A stretch of DNA of 64,000 nt from Hydrolagus colliei. Taxonomy: Eukaryota. Shown here in pieces: positions 13,078 through 24,896 of this stretch. Under the pieces are notes generated by a model, which saw only the letters and a list, made by a program, of their open reading frames with translations, made no database searches and was not told where the DNA came from. The DNA is taken from the NCBI GenBank assembly GCA_035084275.1, contig CM068756.1:7936001-8000000 (forward strand). The letters are read 5' to 3'. Each line of letters opens with the position of its first letter. The first letter of the stretch is position 1. The position numbers and the translations under genes are program-made.

Positions 13078-14685
13078 GTAACTTGTGAGCACATTATAAA
13101 AGGTGTAATAGTTTGTCAAGTTATCTTTTCCTCATTTCTTCCTTTAAATCTCCTTGGGTTACTTTCTCCTCCCACAATAGTTTTGAGATTTGATGAGAAA
13201 AGTGTATACGCATCTCTTTTGCTTGTGTATTTATGAAGCAGAAACACTATGTAAGATGCATTAATTGGCAAAGCAGAGCTGTGTGGATTGTGAAATCCAC
13301 AGGTTGGGTAGTCTATTAAAACCGCAGTTACAAGCAAGGTCACTGGTGGAGGACCTGTAGCAAATTGGAAGACTTAGTCTTAACTCCACTCTGTTTCCTA
13401 CGCTGCAGCTTTAAAACACTATTGTGACATTAATGTGTGAATTATTCAATGAGACATTTTCTAGAGAATAAATTAGCTTTGTACATACTAGAGGCATACG
13501 CTTTCTTTAACAAAAAGTGCTGGTTAAAGAAAATCCATCAGGAGAATAAAGCAGCCTAACCTTAAGTCTGGTAGCTTGGGTGTTAAATGACTTCCACAGC
13601 TGTCTAATTGGGTTCATGTTTTGATGTAAAGTGTTGAGCTGGGGCCCGGTAATGTTTGCTAAGTCAGCGATGTCATATGGTTGTTAAATTGGTGACATTG
13701 CAGTAAATGTGTATTACCAAATATCTGGATGGCCTGCTTATTGCCCAGCTCTGTCTAATTTCTGCAGCTGTGAATGTGTCTTGTTGCACTCCATGCAGAT
13801 ACAGGGGTCTCAGTCACATTTACTGTATCATGAAGTGAACATTTTGAAGTTATATATGGAAATGACTTTGTAATAAAAACTCTGAATGTATCAGAACCCC
13901 AGTATACTTCGCAGAATTAATTTTTATTGCTTTGCACAATATCTTTAGTGACATAAAATAGATCACTGTCACTGTAAACAGTTCAAGCTGTCAAGCTGTA
14001 TTGTATATATAGTGACTGCCTATATTCTGGGAGAGTGAACTACCATTAAAATCGAACCCTATTCCCATAACAAGTAGAACAACTGAGTGCAAACTTCTTA
14101 AGTTTACAATTTTGCTTGGATGTCAATGGGAGTCAAAAATGTAATGGTGCTATCAAGTATTTAAATGCAATTAGAGAACAGTGTATCTATCCATAGAACC
14201 CTTGGTGGAGTTGCTTCAGGGAGCTCATTCTATGAGCCTACCTATGATAAGTTCCCATTCCTCCTTAAGTTCATTAGAAATCTCCACCTGTTAAATGAAT
14301 GGAGAGTGAAGTCTTTTCACTATCACAATATACTGATGATCACATTGATCAGAAAAAGTGTGTCAAGTGGAAGAGTTTTGCATAAAGAGTATACAGTACT
14401 GTATACTTGTGTAATAAGATACAAGAAAAATTTATTGGGCAGACAATAGTCGACTGTATATGTTCCAGGAAGGAGAGGCAATGGAGGATATAGTGAGAAG
14501 ATGAGTAACTGGATTGAGAATTATTAAGGAGGCAGGATTCTTGCCTTAATTAACTTTTCCTGACCAAAAATTCTTGTGTTTAAACAACTTGCCCCCGTCT
14601 GTGTAGGTGAAACATTAATGCTGAGGCTCATCTTCTAGGAACAGACACAGGGGTGGGTAGCCAGACAGGTGGAGAATTTTAGTGA

Positions 14686-15112
14686 TAATAACAATAATAA
14701 TCCTTACAATCGAACAGCACCTTTCACATTGGGAGGACATCTCAAAGTACCTCACTGAATTTACTGTAAAGTATAGTGACTGCGTATTTTGTAGGTGAAT
14801 GCAGCAACTAATTTGCACACAGCGCATTGTCCCACAAACAACCAAACAGTGAATGATCAATTTAACCTGGTGGGCAATTGGCCAGAACACAACACTGGGA
14901 GAAACGTTTTTTTGTTGCAATAATGCCATAGGATTGTTAACATTCATTTGAACAGGTAGAAAGGACCTCGGTTTAACCTTTCATCCAAAACACAGCACAT
15001 GCAACAATGCAATGTTTCTCTCAGCACTGCACAGCAGTGTCAAGACTCCCTGACAAAATCTCGATATGGGGCTTGAATCCAAAAACCTTGTGACTCAGAA
15101 CTGAGCCAGTTT
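14686..15112 (-). mobile_element. Deu-domain SINE (SacSINE1/AmnSINE-like, family B)
   Basis: Reverse complement shows a tRNA-like head, the Deu-type core ttggatgaaaggttaaaccgaggtcc...ctgttcaaatgaatgt and the same (ATT)n tail as family A. Confidence 0.7.
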
Positions 15113-17361
15113 GCTACTTGATGCCTGCTTTCAGAACATACTAAAATGTTGGGAATGAATGTTCCATGTTGTAGAATTAATAGGTTGAGGGGTTGAGAAA
15201 GCCACAAACCTCATGGGGGTAAAATTGATTTTCAGCCACAACAAAAGTAAAACAAGAAATTCAAGGCAAAATTAGATGATCCCCCTTCATGCTAAATACA
15301 ACCAATTAAATACATGCAAATTTGGCCAGTTGCAAACTAGATTATATCTTACTGAAACACTATACTGTATATTCTATCTTTTGTTTCCTTGGAGTCCATG
15401 TACTGTGATATATAAACTTGTGGGTATTCCTCAGAAAGAGCTTATTTATTAGAATTGACATTAAAGGAAAGAGTGACTATCCACAAAAGAAAATATACCG
15501 TTGCCAAATATGATAATCCTACTGTTTTGCATAAAATCATTTAAGCTTGCATAAGCCTGACAGAAATCTTTACTGATATGAAGCATAACTCCTTCTATTA
15601 AATGGCTTGATGTATTGCTTTTGAAGGTGTGAGGTGGATTCTTGGGAGACATTTAAGGGAATCAGAGGGAGATATTTTATTGAAAGAAATTTGACCCTGT
15701 TACTGCACAGTTGTGTGGGTAACAGAAACGAGTGGAGTGGGTCCCACCAGTTCTGTCACTAGCTAATACTGAATAGTGTCGAATGATAGCAGATCCTCTT
15801 AACGTAGGGTTATGAATTTCTACCATTCAGTTTTCACACAAAGCCCTACTCATTGGTGATGATAGGAGCATTAAGAGTGCACTTGAGTGAAGTTTGCTGA
15901 GTGAATTCACCTTTTTCCAAATAAACAGGGACACAGATGATTCTTTTACTTACAAAGTACAGTGGCGCAACACTCTTACGGTAAATATTTTGAAGTGCTT
16001 TGAAAGCCTTTGACGAAATGTCAAAAAGAAGGACTATTAGTATACTGACTGAAAATATGAGGACAGTCGTTGGGATTTATTGGCAATATTCATACAATAG
16101 GCGAGAAGCATTAATCGTTGACCTCTTCAAAATTATTTTTGCTCCACAAAACACTGGAGAGTGAAACATCATCTCCTCACGGCCATCTGTTTGACTCTGC
16201 AGTCCTTTTTTGTACTTTGATGGCTTTCTGAACTCACTGACCCGAATCCGACCCTGCAGAGTCTTCAATTAGGGCTTCCCACCCATTTCACGAAGATTGT
16301 AAATTAGACCCCACTTTTAGGATTAAATCTCTTGTTTCAACGAAACCTATTTTTTTTACTGCTACCTTTTGAAAGATGAAACTTCATAAAGTTATGCAGA
16401 AATCAGATAAAATGTCAGTCTTAACATACAGTATCAATGTCAGGTATCCCAACTGTATAAAAATTCCTTGATTCCAAAATCCTAATCACGTTTGTTGAAA
16501 TATAAAACTCTTTACCTTCTATAAGGAACAAAAATCTTTTTGAAGCTTGATGACAAAATGTATAACAACAGCTGCTTTTTTTCCACAAAAAAAATGTAAA
16601 TTGAGCACTGCAGAATAAAGGAAGCCGAATTAGAACTTTAATCAGTTTCGTAAAAAGCTTGATACAATCAATTTTTTTATGGTCTTGGATGGTAGAAAGG
16701 AAAAGCAGTGGATTCCTGGATTAAGGATTTATTTGGCGAGAGATTGGTGCATTAGTGGTCCTTTTGAACTACAGAATGAACAAAGTAAACATCAAAGCAT
16801 TGAGCCCTGAGAGCAGAATGTTGACTCAGTGAAACTCCAGCTTAAAGGTTACGACTTCTATCCAGAGTCATGTTTAATAGGACTAGTGTGGAAAGAAACT
16901 GTTCATCTCTTAACGGCTCTTACATCCGGTGCCAACGTTTGATTTTGCTAGCATTCTTGCAGAGGCTGGGGGAGTTTTATTGTTAGATACAGCCTTTTTT
17001 CTCTCTCCACTGCTGCCTTCCTTAATCACACTTCCTGCTTCAGGCAGGACAAAAGGTTCCAGTAACTTGGTTGCTGCCCATGGCACTCTGATCAGTCAGA
17101 CTGCTTCTGAAGAACGGAGATGGCACAGCTTTACTTTTCTGCAGATATTCTGCAAATCAGTCCAAGATCTGGAGGAAGCTGCTCTTTTGGTGGCAGTCAA
17201 TTTGGATCAAATCAAAATGAAAGTCACTTTGGTGGCAAACTATCTATTGCTTAAACTAGTGAAAGCTCTTCACTTGCTGTTTTTTTCATTAAGTGTTGGT
17301 TACTGCAATAATTTCCTTTGCATTGGTAATGATGATTTTCTACACTTTTCAATATAATAAT

Positions 17362-17495
17362 AATAATAGCCCTTGCATTTGTTATAGTGCTTTATCAGGT
17401 CTTCCATATGTCTTAAAGCGCTTAGCAGAATACTGTATACTGTTAAGTGAATTGACTACATTTGTGGGTAAAAAAACATGCTGTACATTATGTAC
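17362..17495 (-). mobile_element. SINE 3' fragment
   Basis: aataataatagcccttgcatttgttatagtgcttt...aaagcgctt...aagtgaattgact is the reverse complement of the family tail. Confidence 0.7.
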
Positions 17496-17879
17496 AAAAT
17501 CTGATCAGAGCTCCAGGACTTCAGCAACTTGTTTACTCTAAACAGCTTGTAATGTATTCATTGCAAAATTATTCAAACCTTGAATATTTATTTCCTTATA
17601 TAATGTGGCAACATGAGCTCAACCAAACAGCATTTATGCGGCACTGATGTTGAGTGTGGGGGAGACTAATAAACAGTTGGATTAAAAAATTAAATAGGAT
17701 TTTAGTTTATTGGAAACAACGCCGAAGAATTTGATGTTTCTAGGTAGATAGGTCACTAAAACTATTTGCAAAGCGTGGAATAAAGATAGGAAACAATGTA
17801 TTGTGCGTACTAAGGGGGTGCAGTATTATACACAGGAAAATATATACAGTACTGAACTTGAACAGACATTGATTGGACT

Positions 17880-18700
17880 CACCACTAAATACTGGATACA
17901 TTTCCTGTCACCATTTTACAATAAGGACATCTCAGTATTGGACAAGGTGCAGTGAAGGACAACTAGATTTGATAGCTGGAATTAGACACAGTGAGTTATG
18001 AGGAGAGGATGCAGGAGCTAGGAATGTTCACACTAAATGGCTCAGGGATTATCTTAATTAAGTATTCTGGATCACAAAGGACATGGATAAATGAAACCCT
18101 AATGATATGTTTAGCACGGTAAACAAACATGCAGCAAAGACATATGACTCAAGGTTAGAAGAGGGAAATGTCATCCTAGCTCAGTTGCTAGCAATCTTGC
18201 TGATTGAGTCAGAAAGAAGCCCCAATTGGCAGGACTTTTAAATTCACAGTCCAGGCAGACTCTCTAATTCAATACTACTGCCATTTGGATGAGATGTTAA
18301 ACTGAGATCCTGTCTGCCTTTTCAGGTGGATATTAAAGATCTCCCGGTCACTGTTTTAAGAAGAAGGTAGTCTTTCGCTGGCCAAGAATCCCCCCAAATA
18401 AAAAATATAATCGTTCACTTCATGGCTGTTTTGTGGGATATTCCTCTGTACAAAGTGGCCAATCGTGTTCACTTCTAAATGAGCAGTCTAACTACGCTTT
18501 ACAGAAACCGTCGATGGCTTTGAAGTGCTTCAATATACAGGATTCATTCATACAACACTCCTATCAAATGCAAGGATTGCGATCATGTTATTATTATTTG
18601 TTTTGCACAGAGAATGGTGAAAATGTGGAATAAACTACTCAGTGAGAATAGCTGATGTTGGCAGACTGGAAAAAAGATTTGGTGTCTTATTACTATCTAC
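17880..18700 (+). mobile_element. CR1 LINE ORF2 3' fragment, split by a SINE
   Basis: Degenerate translation: YNKDISVLDKVQ*RTTR...SYEERMQELGMFTL before the SINE and CFAQRMVKMWNKL after it, typical of the CR1 RT C-terminus. Confidence 0.7.
18170..18598 (+). mobile_element. Deu-domain SINE (family B) inserted in a CR1 fragment
   Basis: tagctcagttg head; core tttggatgagatgttaaactgagatcctgtctgccttttcaggtggatattaaagatc; tail aaatgcaaggatt. Confidence 0.75.
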
Positions 18701-18937
18701 AGTAGTTACTCCTGAGGAGTGCGTGCAAGGATGAGAAGGTGATCCCAGGATCAGTCTCAGCTCTGGTGCCCCCCTATGGTCACAAAGCTTGTCAACACCT
18801 GCTGTTTAGTCTTGCACATGAAGAATAGATGTTAGCAACCGGTGGGCAAGAATCCGTATCCAAAAGACAACAAGGGCGAAAATGTGATTGGGTGTGGAGG
18901 GTGTGGGGGGTGGGGGAGAATAAAAACACACGTGAAA

Positions 18938-18993
18938 AAATTCTAACAAAAGGAAACTTAGATAGTAATCTAAGTTTCCTTTTGTTAGAATTT
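18938..18993. repeat. Perfect 26-bp palindrome with 4-nt spacer
   Basis: AAATTCTAACAAAAGGAAACTTAGAT-agta-ATCTAAGTTTCCTTTTGTTAGAATTT. Confidence 0.95.
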
Positions 18994-20174
18994 GCAGAAT
19001 AGTAAAAAAAGAAAAAAAGATTTAATGTATTTCTGCAATTTAAGTTATTTTTAAATTTATTTCAAACGTTTTTTGTGTTTTTTTTTAAAAAGGAACATCC
19101 AGGGTTCCAATTCTTATTACTGTACTTCTTATTTGAAAGATAGTGTGTGTGTGTGGGTGTGGTGGGTTGTGGTGGGGGGGGATCAGAGAGTGATACAGAG
19201 ATCAGGCTCAAAGACTGGAATAAATACACATTTAAGGATTGTCAATGGAAGTTGCTGGTGGCAAATTAAACACTGCACAACATTTCAAAACTATCATTTG
19301 CAGCTGTAGTTCTTTTCTTATCAAAGGCAGAAGTTTGTCTTGTCTCCTCGATTTAAAAGTTTAAAAGCATACTGAAGTATTTTGGCTTTAAAGGCACAAT
19401 TGATCGATCGGTTGTGTGTGCAAGACATAACAGGCTTTCTAATCTGCAGCCAGTTCAAGTTCAATCAATTGACCCTCTTAAGTACATTCCCCCCGCTCCC
19501 CCCCATCAATGATTTTAAAGTTTTACATGCTGAAAAGCTCTGAGGAATTATTTTACTGATTTACTCTACAGAGTTTGATTTAATGAGTGCTCTTTAAATA
19601 TCAGATCACAATGGCGAGATCACACAGCTCTAAGTAACTCAGAAGAAACATGCTGAGAACATTTCTACTTCGGCTTTGGAGATGGGTGGGGAGAATCTGC
19701 TTTGATCTTCAAAAAAAAAGTTCTGTTCAATCTTTTGGCTAACATGGAAACTGTGTTTAAATTTTAAGTTAATTAGTAATTCTCTTTAATTCTGTCTGAT
19801 CTGCAGCCAAAATGCATTTTTTTTAGCATGAGAATAGAACATCAAAGAGTTTCAAGTGAATATGGTCAAGTAAAGCGTTTAATTTGGCAGTTACTACCTA
19901 CGGGATAAACAGAGGATAATACTGTACATAGTTGGCAATGCAAACTCAAGTGATACACACTGCAGTCAGCACTCCTTATAAGTTATCTTAGTCAAACCAA
20001 GATATTCAGACTAATTTAGTCAGCTCCACATTGCTACCATGACCTGGCAGAGCAAATTGTTGGGCAAGTTTGCTTCCTCCACAAATCTCTGTTTACCTAG
20101 CAGTAAATAGGAACCCAGTTGTTGGTCGATTGGCGGATCGCTTTTGTGGGGGCAACTATTCCTTTGAAAAAAAT

Positions 20175-20336
20175 ATTAAATTGGTCACTTCAGTCCACGA
20201 CCGTTGAGCAATTGGCTGCCGCATTTCACGTACAAAATATGCACTCGGTTTACTTCATGGTATATTCTGTGAAATGCTTTGAGGCTTCTTGAAGACAGAT
20301 AAGGCACTCTTATCAAATGCAAGGATTATTATTATT
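20175..20336 (+). mobile_element. SINE 3' fragment
   Basis: caattggctgccgcatttcac...tattctgtgaaatgctttgag...aaatgcaaggattattattatt. Confidence 0.7.
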
Positions 20337-20544
20337 GAAAAGGCACAGCCAACATTTTTTGGTATATTATAGTGGAATAAGAGTGTTATCAGATTCTGAA
20401 GCCTGATCACTTAGGTCACCAACTGTAGCAACAATTGTACAAATGGAAGAACTAGAAAGTCCATTTGTCTCCAAGACTTCAATCATTCTTAGTTTTCTAC
20501 ACCAGTGTTATCCAGCATGAGACCCAGATCACAAGAATCAAGAG

Positions 20545-20812
20545 TAGAAGAAAGGGGTAGTTACCATGATTCTTGCACCATTTGTGGATTCAATTCTCTC
20601 TCCCTATCTCCCTGTCTATTAGAACCATCCCTGTCTTCCTCTATTTTGTCTGTATTCTTATGTCTAGCCATTGGTCCTCCAAGCATTCTTCAATTGCTGC
20701 TCCCAAGTTGCAAATACTTTTTCCTACCTTTTTTCCCTCTTTATTCAAAGCCTTAGCACGTTCTACTGATGTGAAAGGCGCTATATACATGCAAATCTTC
20801 ATTGTATGGTAT
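20545..20812 (+). mobile_element. L2 3' fragment
   Basis: Pyrimidine-rich segment with agcattcttcaattgctgctcccaagttg (AFS..APKLWN-like), ending gtgaaaggcgctatatacatgcaaat. Confidence 0.5.
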
Positions 20813-21657
20813 TGTTCTCTCCCATTTCCACCATGCTGTGTCCAAACATATTGGACCGTCTCCTAACACTGAACCATTCTTTGAGATTGTGAGATTCTTT
20901 ACCTCCCACAATTTTCCATTCCTCTCCTCCTACATAATATTAACTCTTTAAGCCCAAACTTGGCATCAGCTAATTTTGGATTCCTCTTCCTGTTCTGGTT
21001 CTTTACAGACTTGTAGTGTATTGCACCTTGGGCCTCACTTCCTCCATTTATTTCTCATCAATATTTACAATAGGGAGAAAATGTTTCCAGTAACCAACTT
21101 AGTTTAAGATTTTTCATGTTATACTTTGCAATAAAAACTAATGAATATACCGATGTAACTTTGAATATTAACATCTACAATTAATTGCTTTTATGTTTCC
21201 TCTACATTTCTGAACTCTTTTTGTGATAGATTTTTTTTCTAGCTGTCCTTCTTTGATAAAGCTTCAGTAAGGATTAAATGACACTAGTGTAAAATGGGAT
21301 ATGGGTTATTTCCATATTTGTGCGACTTAACTGGATTACACAGCTGGTAAAAACTGGGCAGAAGAAGAAATGAGGAAGTTTAATGCAGTCGTGTAGAAAA
21401 ATAGGATTTTAATCAAAATCCGTGCTGTGAAATTTAGCAATTTTCAGACTTCAGTTTTCATTTTATCTAAATAACGTGAATGTATTAATAAACCCTTCTA
21501 ACTATTTGTTCCCAATGCAAGTACCAACTGCAACCAATATTCTTTCAAATAGTAAGTGTACACTTACCCATGAATAATATTGATTATATTAATAATATTG
21601 ATTCTCTGAGAACTGGTGACATTATTTTTGTAACAATTGTAAAAATGCATTGAAGTA

Positions 21658-22481
21658 CAGGTAGACCCCGCTCACCGAACTCCCGGTCAACGGAAGTTCA
21701 CTATAACGAAGGTTTCTATTTGTACCACTTATCTGCTTAACGAAGGCTGCGTTCACTATAACAAATGTTTACACACACTTTAAATCTCACGGGCTTCTCG
21801 TGGGCAGCATTCTCTGGTTGGCCAGCATTCTGCCGCTTAAGTTCCTCCCATATTGTACAGGCTGCACTGCTTCATGGCTTCAATAAGTCGAGGACTGTCT
21901 GTATTTTATTGTTTATTGTTGTATTTACTAACATTTTAATATATTATTGTTATATTTAAAGTTGTGTAGCCTTCAATAGCAGTTATATCTACCTTAGGCC
22001 TTCGCTAGTACAGGTTGAGCGTCCTGAATCTGGCAACCTCGGGACCGAGGCTGAGCGGGTTTTCATGTTTCTGATGTCCGAAGTCCAGAAACGCCTGAGC
22101 TCCGGTTCGGGTATTTCCGGACTTCAGAACGCCAGAAGTGCGTCACTAGTCCAAAAATGCTTGGGCCCAGGTTGCGATATTTCAGTGCGGTGACTGTGAA
22201 GACTTGACCTGGAACAGATAGGATTGGCGTTTTTATTCTTGCAATTCTTGTCACATTCCGGATTCTGTAACTCTGGAGTTTGGACGCTCAACCTGTACAC
22301 CGAAAATGTTAGCGCTAGGAACTGCTAGGAACTAAACTGATTTTAGCGGGGAGGCTCAGGTCGGGGCGGCGTTCTGGCTGCGGCCAAATACAGTAATACA
22401 GTTAAACTCTCGCTTAACATAATTTTCTCTTAATGAGGGGTTTTAAAGTCCCTAACCTCTTCAATAAACTGAGTCTACCTG
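21658..22481. mobile_element. Tigger-like non-autonomous DNA transposon (outer element of a nest)
   Basis: TA|CAGGTAGAC ... GTCTACCTG|TA termini; repeated subterminal motifs (ttcactataac, gcttaac). Confidence 0.75.
22011..22295. mobile_element. Tigger-like MITE nested inside the previous element
   Basis: Perfect 14-bp TIRs CAGGTTGAGCGTCC / GGACGCTCAACCTG, each flanked by TA; CpG-rich interior. Confidence 0.85.
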
Positions 22482-23543
22482 TACAGTAACAACTTTGGGG
22501 AGAACAGTTATTAAATTCTTTATGACGCTGCAAACCAAACCTGGAGATAAGCTAAATAACATTTGTACTATAAAGATTTGTGTGGACTAGTGGGAATCTG
22601 CTAAAGTACATGTCCTCGGTTGTAGGAGGGGACATTGCCAATTCAGTAGCTCCAAAATTGGAATTGATTCCGTGAAGTTACATTTAACGGAATGCAGTAT
22701 ATTGAAGTTGTGATTTGCAGATGCGAAATTGGATGGGAAATCTCCAGGGCCCTTTAACTAAAAACGATGGTTAATACTGAGGCATAATGATCAGGGATTT
22801 TGCAGTGAAACCTCGAGGCTATCCACTATTAAATGAACTAAAACTTTACCATAGTTAGCCACTAGAGAGCTAATCAGTCTTACAAGGCAAAGGTTGCAGT
22901 GGATATCTATTAAGTTAAGGGTGTGTCTAATTTATCGGCCACAGCGTTCATCTAACAAAACTGTTGGCAGGTTACCAAAAAAAATCTGTATTTTTATTCT
23001 TATAACCTGTATAATGGGAATGAATTCTCTATGATAAATTATTCATAGAAAATAAGTTTTGACTATTATGTTAATTCAAGTGTTTCACCAATAATTGAGT
23101 TATTAGATGGTGTTCATTAAAGTGCTGTTTTAGATGGTCTCAGAAGAATGTTTCTTTTATAAATGATTGAGGATAATTGGAACTAGTGATTAATCAGAAC
23201 CAGAACCACATTTGACTGCAATATTAAGCCATCATCATACATATCTGGACTGGCTCCAATGCACTCTGTCTCTGGAGACAGCTCCAAGGTCTGCTCTGCA
23301 GCATTTGGACTCTTGAAGACCTCTTGTGTTTGACAACAAAGGTGTAAAATTACCTGGGAAGTCACATTACCTGGGATACCAACATCCATTACCATGCTTA
23401 AAACGATCCAAACCTAACAATGGCATGCCACAATGGCAATATAATCAGATTGATCTTTCCTGTTGCTGTGTGGGACCCATGCAATAAATCCCATTATAAA
23501 GCGTTCTCTTATAATGCTATTATAAATTCTAGTTTATAATATA

Positions 23544-23945
23544 TGTTGGGAGTTGGTAAATCATCCAAAAGAGTACCTCTGCTGGTAACATCAATTCACA
23601 TGAAATGCATTCAGACTACCCCCTAACATGGAAAGTACTATTTCAATGCAAATATATTATATCAATAATAATAACTGCAAGATTTTACATTCCTAGTAAA
23701 GTAAGGGTGAACCTATTCATTTATAACCTAATTTGTCCCCTAGCTCAACATGTGTTGCAGTGGCTGATTCTGTAGACTCACTATCATACGACACAGCGGA
23801 CAAGAGGCAGATGAATATAGGAAAGTTCCCTTGGGCGAAGAGGGGGGAAATCAGCCGTTTCATGTAAAACCTGTTTGATTTTGCTTCCTGTGTATTTATG
23901 GTATCAGCAGGGGTACTCTTTTGGATGAATTACCAACTCCCAACA
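23544..23945. repeat. Long inverted repeat (48-bp arms), probable MITE relic
   Basis: 23544-23591 versus the reverse complement of 23898-23945 match at 44/48 positions, extending imperfectly about 13 bp further inward. No clear TSD. Confidence 0.8.
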
Positions 23946-24792
23946 GTGTAGAGGAACAAAGATAATATCATTTCAAACCTTCATTAAAGCAGAGTACTTC
24001 AGCTTGAGTTCATTCAGGACCTTCATACTTCATACTGCTAGTATTTATCTCCTCCTCCTCCGAGACTATGTCTCTAGTACAGCAGTGTATTGAATCCTAT
24101 TTTCGCCTTTCCTCACGGTAGCAGTGCTTGATTGTTAACGTACATTACGCTCAACACATTGAGTAAAAATGCTGGAATCCAATGCTGTATTAATACCACA
24201 ATTTGTAATCTCATTAAAGCATTGGGCACACAAAAGAATTTGCGAAGGTTGTAACCTTCTGTGGGACTCACGTTTGGAATACTATCTGCCCAAACTGCTT
24301 TGGCAAAGGGAATGATTGCATTTGGATGATGAGAGCTAATCAATCCATTAAATCAAAGCTACCTGTTAGCAGTGGTAAACTTAAATATTTCTACTAACTT
24401 TGTTTCTAATTGCTTCAATGTGATATGTTTTCTTTATCAGCTTCTGTACTAGTACCTTTAAACACTAACTAATCCCTATAAACACTAAACTGGCAGTTTG
24501 TGGACCAATGTTGTGTACAAATTGACTGCCGAATTCACTCGCAAAATACACAAATTCTCCACTTTAGAGCATAGTTCATGAAGAGCTTTGAGACTTCCTC
24601 CTGGCTTGGTAGGTGTTATATCAAAAATAAGTATAGTTGTTATTCTAGTTATCAATAATAAACAGTTGAGGTTAGTTTTTCAGAAGTGCATTTGATCTGA
24701 AAACCCCAAGTCTGTGTTGCGTAAAACTGCCCTGTGTTAAATGTATTAAAATTATTGACAATTTTTTTTCAATTCTCTTTTTTAACTTGCAG

Positions 24793-24896
24793 TCGCTCTA
24801 CCTCCAGAGAAGACAGATGGCTTCAACAATGTGACTGAGAAGAGAATAGAAAAGGGAGCTGCACAGAGTGGTGTGAAGAAGCAACTCAAATTTGAA
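24793..24896 (+). CDS. NKD1: NKD1 coding exon: (V)ALPPEKTDGFNNVTEKRIEKGAAQSGVKKQLKFE
   Basis: Long polypyrimidine tract plus tgcAG; donor GAA|GTGAGT. 104 nt. ALPPEKTD and KKQLKFE match vertebrate NKD1. Confidence 0.95.
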
